DNA of 64,000 nt from Paramoeba atlantica (lineage: Eukaryota; Protista; Discosea): positions 62,001 through 126,000 of the forward strand of contig CDRNVI010000069.1 of the NCBI GenBank assembly GCA_977017575.1. The letters run 5' to 3'. The notes beneath the pieces are model-generated. The model was not told the origin of the DNA and made no database searches. It saw only the letters and a list, made by a program, of their open reading frames with translations. This document shows positions 32,505 through 43,669 of the stretch, piece by piece. A program made the position numbers and the translations under genes. Numbering within the stretch: position 1 is the first letter of the stretch; every line of letters begins with the position of its first letter.

Positions 32505-33590
32505 TTACATCCAATACTTCGAATATTTATTGGAGAGCTGTGCGAAGAGTGCCTTGTGCTTGTGGCTTAGGGATGTTTGAGATTCGAATTTATTTGAAAA
32601 CTGTACTCTTCCGCCAAATTGAGACGCAAAGTGAGGCATTTGTTTTCCAAAATCGACTCCTAAACCGTATTTTGAGTTTGGGACCTCAGTTACTGTGACC
32701 CCCCCTTTAATATGCACACGTTTTTGGGGTTTGTGCATATTAAGGGGGGGGGTAAGAGGGGGAAGAACCAGCCCCTCCGGGAAAAAAATTGCGCCGCTTC
32801 GCGGCGCCTTTATTTCCTGTGCGTTTTTCGAACTTGATTGATTGATTGATTTTAAGGGCATGTATCCCATAGGGACGTACCCTCCCGGAGATAGCTCACA
32901 AGATATCTTCTTGTGCATTCTCTAAAGATAGGTACAAAAGATTCTCTATGTAGCCAGGCACAAAGGCATCCATGGAATATAATTTGAGAAAACTTTCAGG
33001 TGGCAGAATACTAAAAAAATTGGAATAATAAGTGTATTTTGGAATAATAAAAAAATTAGTGCCCGGCTATCTCCGGGAGGGTACGTCCCTATGGGATACA
33101 TGCCCTTAAAATCAATCAATCAATCAAGTTCGAAAAACGCACAGGAAATAAAGGCGCCGCGAAGCGGCGCAATTTTTTTCCCGGAGGGGCTGGTTCTTCC
33201 CCCTCTTACCCCCCCCCCCCCCCCCTTAATATGCACAAACCCCAAAAAAGTGTGCATATTAAAGGGGGGGGTCACAGTACAATTTTTGTATTCGAAGTCT
33301 GTATATTAGATTCGTCTAGAAACTTCGGAAAATCAGTTCTCTTTATCCTCCCTTCAAGCTCTGCATTATCAGACAGTGTTAATTCCTTTAATTTAGAAGG
33401 TAGACAATCTAGGTGTAACAAACCTTCAAAGCTATTTTTATGGAGCGCCAAGATTGTTAGGGTGGATGGGAGGCAACGCAGATTGGGAGTTCCGGTAAAA
33501 GCATTGCATCCTAGTGCAAGAACCCGAAGTATGGGAGGCAGGTGGCTTAACTGAATGTTCCCCGAGAGTCTATTGTACGATATTTCGTTT
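32505..33590 (-). pseudogene. LRR gene 3' part, 5'-truncated and split by a MITE
   Basis: ISYNRLSGNIQLSHLPP.. three LRRs; removing 32693-33277 plus one TA restores TKIV-TEVPNSKYG..YWM*. Confidence 0.8.
32693..33277. mobile_element. 585-bp foldback MITE with about 200-bp TIRs
   Basis: TA|CTGTGACCCCCCCTTTAATATGCAC ... GTGCATATTAAAGGGGGGGGTCACAG|TA; arms near-perfect to GGGAGATAGC. Confidence 0.93.
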
Positions 33591-33599
33591 ATCATGCGC

Positions 33600-34700
33600 T
33601 CTTTGGCGCAGAGATAATCCTCTTAATGCGACGGCCGATATCATCGGCACATAATCCGCCCACAACGGATGTCGCCAAAGGGGGTTCGACACGGACTCGG
33701 TCGGTAGAGGGGGTCCAGGCAACTCGCCCTCTCTTTACGCAGCCGGAGGGGCGTACTGCAACCGACTCGGTCCCAGTCGGTAGAGGTGGTCCAGGCAACT
33801 CACCACCTCTTTACGCAGCCGGAGGGGCGCACTGCAACCGACCGCTGCCTCGCGATAATGCGAGGCAGAGTCACGCCCAGTGGTCCTCAAGGGAGGCCAC
33901 CATGGCGCATAGCTCCCGGGAAGAGACAGGCGCGAGAAGAAGAAAGCCGGGGAGGGAAGAAAACTCACTCAAGGAGTGAGCCGGGGAGGGGTGAAAAGTC
34001 GGAAGTACGTCCCCTACTTCCACGACAAAGAGGGACAGTCCCTGCTAGCCGTCAGCCGGAGACGGGCTTTTAAAAGGAAAATGTATGCCCGTTTCCGGGA
34101 AAAGAAAGGAAGGGCTAGCAAAATGTACCAACAAGGTACAGAAACTGTATCTAGATCTAGTTGACACGATCACTGGACGCATTGCCAAACCCAATTCTCC
34201 AGCTGAACAGCATGAGGGACGAGGCACCCGGCCCCGCCTAGCTAAACGAAAATATACCACATCTCTCAACAACACTCTCCCCTCCGACTCCACCGAACAG
34301 GAAACCATTATACCACGACAGAGGCATCTCAGCCAAGCAATATCGGAAAATGAATTCCAGGCTGCGTACATGAAAACAGACGCAAGGACGAGGGCACGAT
34401 GGGTTTCTCAATCAGGGCCGGAAACTGGGCTTTTGTAACACCGTCCAAGAGCAGAGGCTACGCTTTTACCCACACGGAGTTTCGGACTCTGACACGCTGG
34501 TGGCTCGGGATGAATATCTTGCCGGAGGATCAACCTTGCCCAGCTGACGGCTGCACCCTTCCCTTACTTAAAAATGGAGAGCACGCTTTGCTCTGTAAGA
34601 ATGGACACGGTATAATCTCACGACATAATGCCGTAGCGCAACAATTTACGTCCTTTTGCAGCAAAGCTTTCCTTCAACCACAGAGAGAGCTGCTATGACG
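33600..34700 (+). mobile_element. Internally deleted CRE-like retroelement (structured 5' region plus zinc-knuckle fragment)
   Basis: ARWVSQSG..FRTLTRWWLG..CPADGC..GEHALLCKNGHGIISRHNAV; the 5' region shares AGTGGTCCTCAAGGGAGGCCACC with 62250-62560. Confidence 0.75.
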
Positions 34701-35282
34701 TTACGTTAGAACCTCCGCAACGTCGCTTAATGGACACTATGCAATCTTAGTTAGCGTCAGTTCGTGTCAGTCAGAACGCGATCGGAACTATGCGTACGTT
34801 TTCGTGGCATGCCGGAGCAAGTTCGCGCGTATCAAGACTGGCAAGGTCAGGGTGCCCAGTTGACATCGGATGATAGGACTTAGCGATACCAGCCTCCCGA
34901 GCTAGGCCCAGCGATAGGAAATGGGGGGCCGCGGGTAAAAGTTCGCAAAACTTTGGGGAAAACACACCTATTTCTGTTGCATAGCGAGGCGGAAAGGTAA
35001 AAAAGTAGAGGAAAAATATTTATCTCTGCAAAATATGGATAACATTACAGAAAATTGCAAGTTTCAAAAACAGTTTTTTTGTCAACACTGAAAAAAAGGA
35101 TTAAAGGGTGGGAAACGTATTCTTAGGTGCTACGTAACTCTACGGGGGCTCTCAAATGCGATGTTACCACTCCCTGTATGATAAAGGAAAAAATATAAAA
35201 GTAAGCTCCGATGGTCCAAAAAACTACATTTTTTTTTCAAAAATCCACTCCAAAAATTTCTGTCAGTGCCAGTCAGAGCCAA

Positions 35283-35585
35283 CTAAAATAGAAGTAAGGA
35301 AAGATCGATACCACCTGAAAGCACGTTCCTGGAAAGCCTTAGCTCTCTCATACTTGCTGGAAGAGGAGAAAGGTCGACACTCCCCTCAAGCATGTTGCCT
35401 TTTAAATATAGATCACGCATTCCATGAGATAGAAGGTTTAATTCTAACCCACCGGTAAATCTGTTGCTCAATAGACACAGATCTCCAATCTTCTGCGGCA
35501 ACGTAGTGAGTAAAACCCATCCTGAAAAGCATTTTACTTCTATTTGAAACCGATCCTGATATCCTCTTTCACGTCCATTCGCCAT
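35283..35585 (-). pseudogene. LRR gene fragment
   Basis: LLSNRFTGGLEL..LKGNMLEGSVDL..LSRNVLSGGIDLSLL; degenerate cap; possibly the 5' part of the 32505-33590 gene. Confidence 0.7.
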
Positions 35586-35651
35586 ACGTAGTGGGCAAAA
35601 ACAAAGGCCACCTCCTAAACCACATTATCGACCCTTTTACCCGGTACTGTC

Positions 35652-38528
35652 CTAGCCTTCGGCCAAGACACCCAGCGATTCCTGCCACGACCTACTCCTC
35701 AACATCGCCTTAAGATAGCGCGACAAGAAAAAACCACAATGAGAGAACGTGTAGTACGGCGTCACACGTGGGAACAAAACCAGAGAATCACGAGGGCCTG
35801 ATTTTTTTACTTTCTTCTTTTCCTCCTCCTCCCCTTCCCAATGTGAACCCGAGGGCGGTTTCCAGGGTGCACCGTAGCGCTGGTGCGTGCGGAGAGGTCC
35901 AAACAAGCTCCCGGAGCGAAGTCGAAATATCAAGACCCGCTGGAGTCGAAGCGCGACCTCCCACTGCCCCCGGTGAAGCGCCAAACAGGCACACTCCTCC
36001 AGGAGCAGCGGGGAGAAATAAGTGGGAGAAATTTCAAAGTGAAATTCTTTTACGGAAGAAGTAGGACCCATAGGCCCCGTACTGAAAGTAAAATGTTGCG
36101 AAAGCAACAGGAGCGCATTCTCCCAGTCTCCCCTTTGTAAGGTTCGTGTAAGGAACATATCGGGAAGATAGTGAAGAATCGTAGGGAGAAAAGAATTTGA
36201 ATTTTCTTGTAAAAGAAAATCCAAGTTCTTTTTGTTTTGGTCCTCGTGAGGGTTTGGTAGGTTCGAAGTCATGTTTGAAGAGAAACGTTGATGCTTCTCT
36301 TTTTTGTGGAACTCGTGAGAGGTTGTCGTGTGGGGCTTACCGCGTAAAGAGGGATAGGTGCGTGCGTAGATTTGAAAAGCACGGTGCCATAGCAGAGGCT
36401 GGGGGGAGAGGAGTAACGCGATCCATAGCACAGCGCGAAGATGCAGGGAAAGGGATTTTTTGTTTTCGACTAGAATGGATCCGTAGTTGCGCCAGAGCGT
36501 GAGAGTGGCACTCCAATGGCCACGCGCGCAAAGATGGAGAAAAGTGAGAGCTACGTAGGATTTTGTGCAATGGAACGTCGCTTTACACAGATTTCTGTGA
36601 GATTCTTCCCGATTCTTTGTTCTGAAAAATAGGTTTCTACGCCCCCGATGCAAAGAAGATTCAGAAGAAGTACTTTTCTTTTCGCTCTTATTTGGGTGAT
36701 TGACCTGTCGTGCGTTGGGTACACCATGGGAAAGATGAAGCAAATATTTTGTTGCAACGCTCAAAAGTGAGCCGGAAGAATCTTCGGTTTGATCTCTCAC
36801 ATCTGGCTTTTCGAGTGGTGTATTGCTTTCGTCATCCGGATCGGTGAGATATTCACCATCTGTGATTTGAACTTCAAGATTCAAAGAATCAGTAGAAGAA
36901 GTGTGTTTCGTATTTGAATCTTTTTTATTTTCTTTCCTATAAGCCATGAAGATAATCATACAGAGAGCGGGAACCAGATAACGGCTGCCTTTTCTTGTGC
37001 ACGTAGCTAAAAGATGATTTAAAGAGAGTCTAACCTTCTTCTCATCCGGAACTTGTAACAGTAAGTGAATAAAACTGTGGAGCAAAGTGCTGGACGCCTT
37101 CGTCCTCAAAAAAATAGATTGCAGACGCCAAATCAAACCAAGGCTTGTTCTCGTTTCTGATTTCACTCCTTGGGAGACCTTTGTAGCGTTCTCCAGAGAG
37201 GATTGCCAAGAAACTGAATGAATTCGCGACAAAGCATTGAGAACTGTGATCCACATATTGTGTGACTTTACTAAAAGATTGCTATGTTGCGTTGTGCAGA
37301 ATTTTCCCCTATCGTTGCCTGCCGAAGCTACGCGTACTATAGAAAAATAAAACAACAACAACTCAGAGAAGCGAACGGACCAGGCATGACACATGTCTCC
37401 ACATGAAAGAGGATGCTGATTGAGGGTAATAAAAGAGGCATTCGAGAAAACCCAGTCACACAGGAAGGATAGCAGCATGATCTCTCTGGAGCTGTTCGCA
37501 GTGCCTTTCAACGCCAATGTTGAAGAGTGCTGAAAAAAAGTTATAGCAGTGGGAAAACTTGGGAAATGTACCATCATCCACTGTAGAGCAGCTTCCCAAA
37601 CACTCTTCGAAGGTGATGTTAGTGTTGTAGTGCTATGGTTAAAAATACACTTGTTCGTCTTTACTTTATAATTTGAGTTCAATTGCGCGTCCCCTTTTCT
37701 TGAATCAAAAAGAGTGCTCCATACGTTATGCAAAAAAGACCTTCGAAAACATGCCACTTCACATACTAGAAGACGGTGGCAGTTTTGTGCAATTTTGCTA
37801 ATGGATCCTGAGTACCTTAAGTTAACGCCTTTCGAATTGCGTTTCCTCAGACCGAAGAGAGCTTCGGAATCTGCATGTTGCAGGCAAAGCACTAAGGCCT
37901 CAAAATTGTTGAAATTACACAGTTGTCCTTGACGGGTACGGCGTAGAAGAATCTCAAAACATGTTTTCCACATGGGAGCATGTTCTGATGAAGAACGTAA
38001 GACGCGACCCTCCGCGTCTTCTCCTTCTCGCTCAAATATCCTCAAATATTCGCCATTAAGAAAATCAGTTTTATCGCTTTTGATTTTGTTAACTGTTTTC
38101 TCGAGAGACGAGATCCCGAATTCGTTGTAAAAACTTGGAGAGACCATTTTCTCCAACCTTTCATGTACGAGCATGTACTTTTCGTATGTGTTCGGAATCC
38201 CTTCATGTAAAATCCATACGCTTCGGGTTCCTGTGCTGCGTGTTGCAAGGCGTATCCTTTGACTGCATTCCCGCCCAGCAATTGTTGAATAAATTCTTCC
38301 AACTCCATATTTTGCAAATGAGTTGGAAAGGTTCCAATCATTTGTTTTTATATCGTGCTCAATTAATCTTTTCAAGATAACGTTGCTAATGTCTAACAAT
38401 GAAGAACAAGGGGCTCTGTCGCGAAGAGGCTCTTCGGTTGCGCGAAGTGCATTGTTGATGTCGTCAAGCAGAAGCTGAAAATACCCAGTATACTTGTCGA
38501 TGTTTTGAAAGACGCGAAACAGAGCCAT
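35652..38528 (-). CDS. Large helical-repeat (PPR-like) hypothetical protein
   Basis: 958-aa ORF; repeated W..AL.L helices (GHWSATLTLW, LWHRAFQIY, GDWENALLLL, GQWEVALRLQ, RSWQESLGVL). Confidence 0.55.
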   Translation of the reverse strand: MALFRVFQNIDKYTGYFQLLLDDINNALRATEEPLRDRAPCSSLLDISNVILKRLIEHDIKTNDWNLSNSFAKYGVGRIYSTIAGRECSQRIRLATRSTGTRSVWILHEGIPNTYEKYMLVHERLEKMVSPSFYNEFGISSLEKTVNKIKSDKTDFLNGEYLRIFEREGEDAEGRVLRSSSEHAPMWKTCFEILLRRTRQGQLCNFNNFEALVLCLQHADSEALFGLRKRNSKGVNLRYSGSISKIAQNCHRLLVCEVACFRRSFLHNVWSTLFDSRKGDAQLNSNYKVKTNKCIFNHSTTTLTSPSKSVWEAALQWMMVHFPSFPTAITFFQHSSTLALKGTANSSREIMLLSFLCDWVFSNASFITLNQHPLSCGDMCHAWSVRFSELLLFYFSIVRVASAGNDRGKFCTTQHSNLLVKSHNMWITVLNALSRIHSVSWQSSLENATKVSQGVKSETRTSLGLIWRLQSIFLRTKASSTLLHSFIHLLLQVPDEKKVRLSLNHLLATCTRKGSRYLVPALCMIIFMAYRKENKKDSNTKHTSSTDSLNLEVQITDGEYLTDPDDESNTPLEKPDVRDQTEDSSGSLLSVATKYLLHLSHGVPNARQVNHPNKSEKKSTSSESSLHRGRRNLFFRTKNREESHRNLCKATFHCTKSYVALTFLHLCARGHWSATLTLWRNYGSILVENKKSLSLHLRAVLWIALLLSPQPLLWHRAFQIYARTYPSLRGKPHTTTSHEFHKKEKHQRFSSNMTSNLPNPHEDQNKKNLDFLLQENSNSFLPTILHYLPDMFLTRTLQRGDWENALLLLSQHFTFSTGPMGPTSSVKEFHFEISPTYFSPLLLEECACLALHRGQWEVALRLQRVLIFRLRSGSLFGPLRTHQRYGAPWKPPSGSHWEGEEEEKKKVKKSGPRDSLVLFPRVTPYYTFSHCGFFLSRYLKAMLRSRSWQESLGVLAEG

Positions 38529-38816
38529 TCATGTATCATCTTATGTTACACTCCATTCTGTAGCTTTCTTTGAACCTCTCCACATTTTTCAAAGAGTGTT
38601 TTCAAACAAATTAAGAAAAACATTTTGTTTCGCATTAAAAGTTATTTACACACAGACCTCTTTCATCGACATATTTGCCGTAATCCCAGCTCCATTCCCT
38701 TTTTCACCCATAAACCATGTACCATCTCTGTACTATATATCATTTCCACCCACCCCATCTCATCGCTCTTCTCGCCCCTTCATTCATCCCTCTCCCCTTT
38801 TTCCTCTCTTTTTACC

Positions 38817-40562
38817 TCACACGCTCTTCCCCCACCCCACCTCACCCTCTTTTTCCCCGACCCCCTGTCTTTCCTCCCTGTCCTTCCCCCTCCCCTCCCA
38901 GAGCTCTCTCAGCCGCTCCCGTGTCTCCCGGAGGTACGCCACCCCCTCCGGTACCCCACTGACGAAACACCCTGGGGTGGTTCGTCGGTTCCACCGGAAC
39001 AAGTCCCGGGAGGCCTGGGAGGCGCTTTCCCTACGCCGGCCCTGTTCCTCCTCGGTAACGAGTCCCGTTGGGAGAGGGGAACCAAAGGTCCAGAGCCACT
39101 CCCCGGGGGTAAAGCATGGGAAAGAAGAATAAGAAGATAAAGAAGAAGAAGAAGAAACAGACGAATCTGTTCCGCTACTCCTTTGTAATGGTGGATTACC
39201 CATAACAAAGGGAGCAGAAGAAGCAGAAACCGACGAATCGGTTCCACTCCTCTCTCGCAGTGATGGATTACCCATACCAGAGGGAGCAGGAGAAGTCGAA
39301 ACCGACGAATCGGTTCCGCTACTCCTTTGCACGGCTGGGTTACCCACACTGGGGGGTGGAGACTCCCGGGTCGTACACGGGAGCATGGCCCCCCGGTACG
39401 CGCTGCGGTACTCCACCCGTAGGGGCGTCCCGGGGGGGATGGCCCGGGTAGCGAGGAGACGGAGGTAGCGGCGGGTGTGGGGAGGGGGTTTGATTTTATT
39501 ATGGATGTCCCGGTGAGGGGAGTGGTGGATTCGAGTGTCCCGGTTAGGGATGTCTATGGGGGTGTCTGTTTTAGGGGCTATATCCCTTTGTTTGTCATAT
39601 TTGTGGATGTTCGTTTGTTTATCCTTTTTATGGGTATTCCCTTTGAGTTGGACGTACACCAGTTGGACGTTTTGTGTTTTTTCACCTCCTGGGGGGAGGA
39701 GAGGTTGAAAAGGGGAGTGGAAGGGGGTTAAGGGGTTGCGGGGTAACCGAGGGGTAGTCGAGAGGAAGGGGCATAGAGCCACGTGGGAGGGTTGGAGGCT
39801 GGAGGGCAAGGTAAAAGTCGTGGGGGGAGAAGAACCGAGGTTAGGTTGGGGTAAATGAAAGACAAATTGACGTGCGTAGGCGTGGGCGTGGAAAAGAAGA
39901 GAGGAGTTCCACTTCAACGGAAGAGAAGCGGAAGCACATCCGCGCAGAAAAGATGGAGATGTGAACCATACAGGTTGATGCATAGCAAAACACTCTGACC
40001 ATAGCATATTCATGATGTCGTTGTTCCGGCAAGCTAGATAAAGATAGCGATCTTGGTCCACCTTTTCGAGCAAAATGGTTTCCAACGCCTGTCGTGCTTC
40101 TGTTTCGCCTAAAATGCGACCAACTGGCCCAAAGTACTCCTTTTGCGAGAGCTTTGCGTCAAATAGTGGTAGACCCTTACTTTGAATTGGAGTAAAAGCA
40201 TTTTTCCTGGAAACTGATGGTACAACTAATAGGGTACTCCATGTAGAACGCCACATCGACTTGCTATACATACTGAATGCGGTCAACAATAGTACCTCAC
40301 GGCTGTATGCGATTTCGGTGTTTTGTACAAGAGGCAGACTGACGGAATTTAGCATACTTTTAACTTTGTCGGGGATAACTGGAGAGCGAAGCACGTAAGG
40401 CACTGTAACAACGAAAGGACACAAAGAATCTGTAGAAGATTGATTAAGACGTACCTGCCTCTTATGGAATGGAATATTAAGCAACACCTCACCTCTACAA
40501 AATGACCGTCTGGATGTGAATCGCGTTCCTCTAATTTTGATACTTTGTAGTCCAAGAGACAT
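38817..40562 (-). CDS. Divergent SET-domain protein with low-complexity insert and repeat tail
   Basis: RGTRFTSRRSFCRGEVLLNIP (SET-N), FVFHLPQPN and LLATRAIPPGTPLRVEY (SET-C); 23-aa SSGTDSSVS repeats about 3 times. Start at MSLGL (40562) is preferred over the ORF-track start at 40847. Confidence 0.6.
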   Translation of the reverse strand: MSLGLQSIKIRGTRFTSRRSFCRGEVLLNIPFHKRQVRLNQSSTDSLCPFVVTVPYVLRSPVIPDKVKSMLNSVSLPLVQNTEIAYSREVLLLTAFSMYSKSMWRSTWSTLLVVPSVSRKNAFTPIQSKGLPLFDAKLSQKEYFGPVGRILGETEARQALETILLEKVDQDRYLYLACRNNDIMNMLWSECFAMHQPVWFTSPSFLRGCASASLPLKWNSSLLFHAHAYARQFVFHLPQPNLGSSPPTTFTLPSSLQPSHVALCPFLSTTPRLPRNPLTPFHSPFQPLLPPGGEKTQNVQLVYVQLKGNTHKKDKQTNIHKYDKQRDIAPKTDTPIDIPNRDTRIHHSPHRDIHNKIKPPPHTRRYLRLLATRAIPPGTPLRVEYRSAYRGAMLPCTTRESPPPSVGNPAVQRSSGTDSSVSTSPAPSGMGNPSLRERSGTDSSVSASSAPFVMGNPPLQRSSGTDSSVSSSSSLSSYSSFPCFTPGEWLWTFGSPLPTGLVTEEEQGRRRESASQASRDLFRWNRRTTPGCFVSGVPEGVAYLRETRERLRELWEGRGKDREERQGVGEKEGEVGWGKSV

Positions 40563-40974
40563 ATAAAAAAGATGGTCCGAAGTACCACGCTTTGGATAAG
40601 GTTTAGGAAAGCTAATTGTCACATGTAACGACTGACCTACATTATTGAGAATGAATCGCTTATGTACAAGCTTGTATTTCCGGAAGATTAGAATACAAAA
40701 ACTCCCCCCTCCTTTAATATGCACAAAATTGTGCATAGAGCAGGTTCGTAAAGTGAAGCCCACGGGGGCAAATTTGCTTTTTTTTGTGATTTTGAGGTAC
40801 GCGCTCGTATACAAGTAAATAAGAAGGTTGAAACCTATGAAAGACAAAACCTGGAAAAACCCGCATGTTCCTCATTGACGTGGCGAAGAAAAGTACTTTG
40901 TCAAAATTAGTGAAGAACACACTTGGTCTCCATCGTGCGCTGCAAAATATTTTTTGCGCTACAAAAAATGAAAA

Positions 40975-41300
40975 TTTTGAAAAAAATATTTTTCGAAATA
41001 ACCCACCAGAAGGGGTAGCCGAGGTCTTGGCGCACATTTTTCACCCCCGTACTCGGGGATGACCCCCCCTGGTATCAACAGCACGGGGCCATCAAGTTCG
41101 GTTTCTTCTGAGTAAAAAATTGAAAACAAAGTCAACTTGGCGAAGAAGATGGCTTAAAAAATAGTTTTTCAAAATTGCTTAACCTATTGTATTTTGAGAG
41201 TTTGGGAACTGTACTAGCTTTCGACGCCGTTGTTTTCATAAGATACCCTTTCTTGAAGCCGTGACACGCCTCCCGAAATGACGCCCCAAAAATATAGGTG
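40975..41300 (-). mobile_element. Family X internal remnant (X6)
   Basis: CAGAAGGGGTAGCCG.GGTCTTGGCGC.CATTTT..CCTATTGTATTTTGA. Confidence 0.75.
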
Positions 41301-41392
41301 TCGTGGCAAAACCTGGCAAAACCCGGCAAAGCTTAACACGTTTCAACCCTCTAACTATCTCTTTATATAATAATAATAAAAAAGAAATTTAT

Positions 41393-42976
41393 CATTGTAA
41401 GTTCAGTATGATGAGAAATTCAAAACAAATTGGAAACAAATTTGAGAAATGGAAGAGTACATGTGTTTCTTTTCCATTATATACTCAATACATGATGTAG
41501 TGGAACTTAGCGTAAGCGAATCCGACAGTGACTAATAGATCCTGTGCATCTACAATGTAGATAAAAAGAAACAGAAGTATAAATACAGGGGCTACTAAAG
41601 GCGAGGTGAGTCTCCAATTTGTAAAAATGAAAACAAGCAACTGTGTATATTTTTAAGCCCAAAACTAGCAATTGTATGTAAAACAGGTCGCAAACATGAA
41701 ACAATAAAAAATTGTCCAATTTTGAAAATACAGTTCTCCCTATTCAGTATATAGCAGGGCCCGCGGAAACTTTTTAAAAGCTAAAAAAAGTTTTTCAGAT
41801 CATCGAAAGCGCTTTAAAAACGCTTTTCGAGCTCTTTTTAGCTTTCGAGAGCACCTTTACCCTGCGGACACACCTACAGGCGAAAACTTCGTCAGGAGGG
41901 GGGTCTAAAATTCGTAAAAATTGTCCAATTTCGGAAATACAGCTCCTCCTATTCAGTGTTTACACTGTTTAGTAGACTGTAGTACAAGTTTTAGACTCCC
42001 CAAGTCCGACTTCAAAACCCTTCTCTACGTATTTCTGTGTAAATCATGGTTTGACGGTCAGGCCGTTAAACAGAAGTTTGTTTCGTGTCCGCATATCACG
42101 TAATCGGAGCCAATTGTGTTTGGTGTTTGTTGGGAGGCTACCGAGGCCACTATCTTTACGTAAAAGAAAACTTTTTTAACACTTTTTACATTCCAGAGTT
42201 TTCCAACACAACGTTGGGTGGAGGAGGAAACGGAATTATACTTGTAAATTGATTACGTGACAAATTGATCGAATCGATGCTAGAAGAAATCCCTTGGACG
42301 TCGGCAATCCCTTCAAATTGGTTATCATGCAACCATAATGTTGATAGCTGAGGTGGAAGAGAGTCAAATTGCAAAGTTCCGGAAAACCAGTTTTCTCGGA
42401 AAGAGAAAAAATGAGCACTGGACGGAAGCGTGGTGAGGTCTAACGTACCCGAAAGATGATTGGCTGCCAATATCAGCGTTCTTAAGGTTTGCGGCAAGGT
42501 ACTTGTCAGCACGTTTCCCACTAACTTGTTAAAAGAAAAGGACAGATATACGAGGCAAGGTGGAAGCTGATCAATTCCATGAGCAGTACAAATCTTATTA
42601 TGAGAAAGCATTATCTTGGATAGAGTACGAGGGACATATTGCAAATTAATAGAGCCAGAAAGGTTTTCTTTTTCCCATGAAAGGTCTTGAACTGTTTCAT
42701 TGACACATTCGATGCCTTTCCAAGAACAGGCATCTGTTTCAACAGTCCATGAGGCGTCGCATCCTGATAGGTTGGCAATCATTCGCGCAAGGTGAAAAGC
42801 GGGCGGAAGTACTGCACCGCGTACCCTTCCTGCTCGGGTAGAGAGCGCTGGACTTTCATCCCTCTGAAAGGATAGCTGCATGCGATAAAAAACAACTGAT
42901 TTAGTAAAACTAGGTTCTTTAAAACTAGGTTTTATTGAAAGAATTGTGTTCTACTAAAACGGTGTCAACATGATGA
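41393..42976. repeat. 1.58-kb segmental duplication, copy 1 (partner 50923-52491)
   Basis: Near-identical sequence from CATTGTAAGTTCAG to AAAACGGTGTCAACA, including an LRR gene. Confidence 0.97.
42186..42881 (-). CDS. Small plant-specific-type LRR protein (duplicate A)
   Basis: RAGRVRGAVLP..W..DACSWKGIEC plus about 5 LRRs. Confidence 0.9.
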   Translation of the reverse strand: MQLSFQRDESPALSTRAGRVRGAVLPPAFHLARMIANLSGCDASWTVETDACSWKGIECVNETVQDLSWEKENLSGSINLQYVPRTLSKIMLSHNKICTAHGIDQLPPCLVYLSFSFNKLVGNVLTSTLPQTLRTLILAANHLSGTLDLTTLPSSAHFFSFRENWFSGTLQFDSLPPQLSTLWLHDNQFEGIADVQGISSSIDSINLSRNQFTSIIPFPPPPNVVLENSGM

Positions 42977-43499
42977 AATTTACGGCGTATACCGTGTCCC
43001 GTACATACCGGGACCGTATATACCCCTTGACTTTGCACGACGAATAATCGTCGATGTCCCGACAAGAACGGTTTTATGCAAAGTGAAGGGGTGGGCATTG
43101 TCGTGAAATAACACTAAAAAGTTGAAAAATCCGTAAAAAACACTAACAAAACCCGATAACTGGAGGCATTAATGGCGGACTCCTATGAGGTTAGCTACCA
43201 AGTAAGGGCCGTATGACTAATAACATCCCTTTATGAGAGATAAATATAATGTAAATCGTATTACTCCACTGCACGAGTAACCCTCGATGTCCCTACTGTG
43301 TTAGTTAAAACCTACATAACGAACTAGAACCTGTATAACGAACTAACTGATTTCCGATAGGGGAAAATAGGGCATCTTTGGAATGGAGTTGGAAAGATTG
43401 TACTATCCCATCTTCACAAGAGAAATTTAAACGGAAGCAAGATAATGACGAAAAAAATCTTTCAACCTCGAAACGTTTTAGCATACCACCTTTGGTATG

Positions 43500-43655
43500 C
43501 TGCGCAGAAGGGGTAGCCGGGTCTTGACCCGCATTTTCCACTCTTACCAGGGGGAGACCCCCCCTGGTATCTGCAGGACGGGTCCGCCACGGTCGGATTT
43601 TTTCAGAAAACACTTTCATTCCACCTATTGTATTTTGATAGCCTGGGACTCTACT
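43500..43655 (-). mobile_element. Family X internal remnant (X7)
   Basis: GAAGGGGTAGCCGGGTCTTG..CCGCCACGGTCGGATTTTT..CCTATTGTATTTTGA. Confidence 0.7.
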
Positions 43656-43669
43656 ACAGTAGTGTAGTA

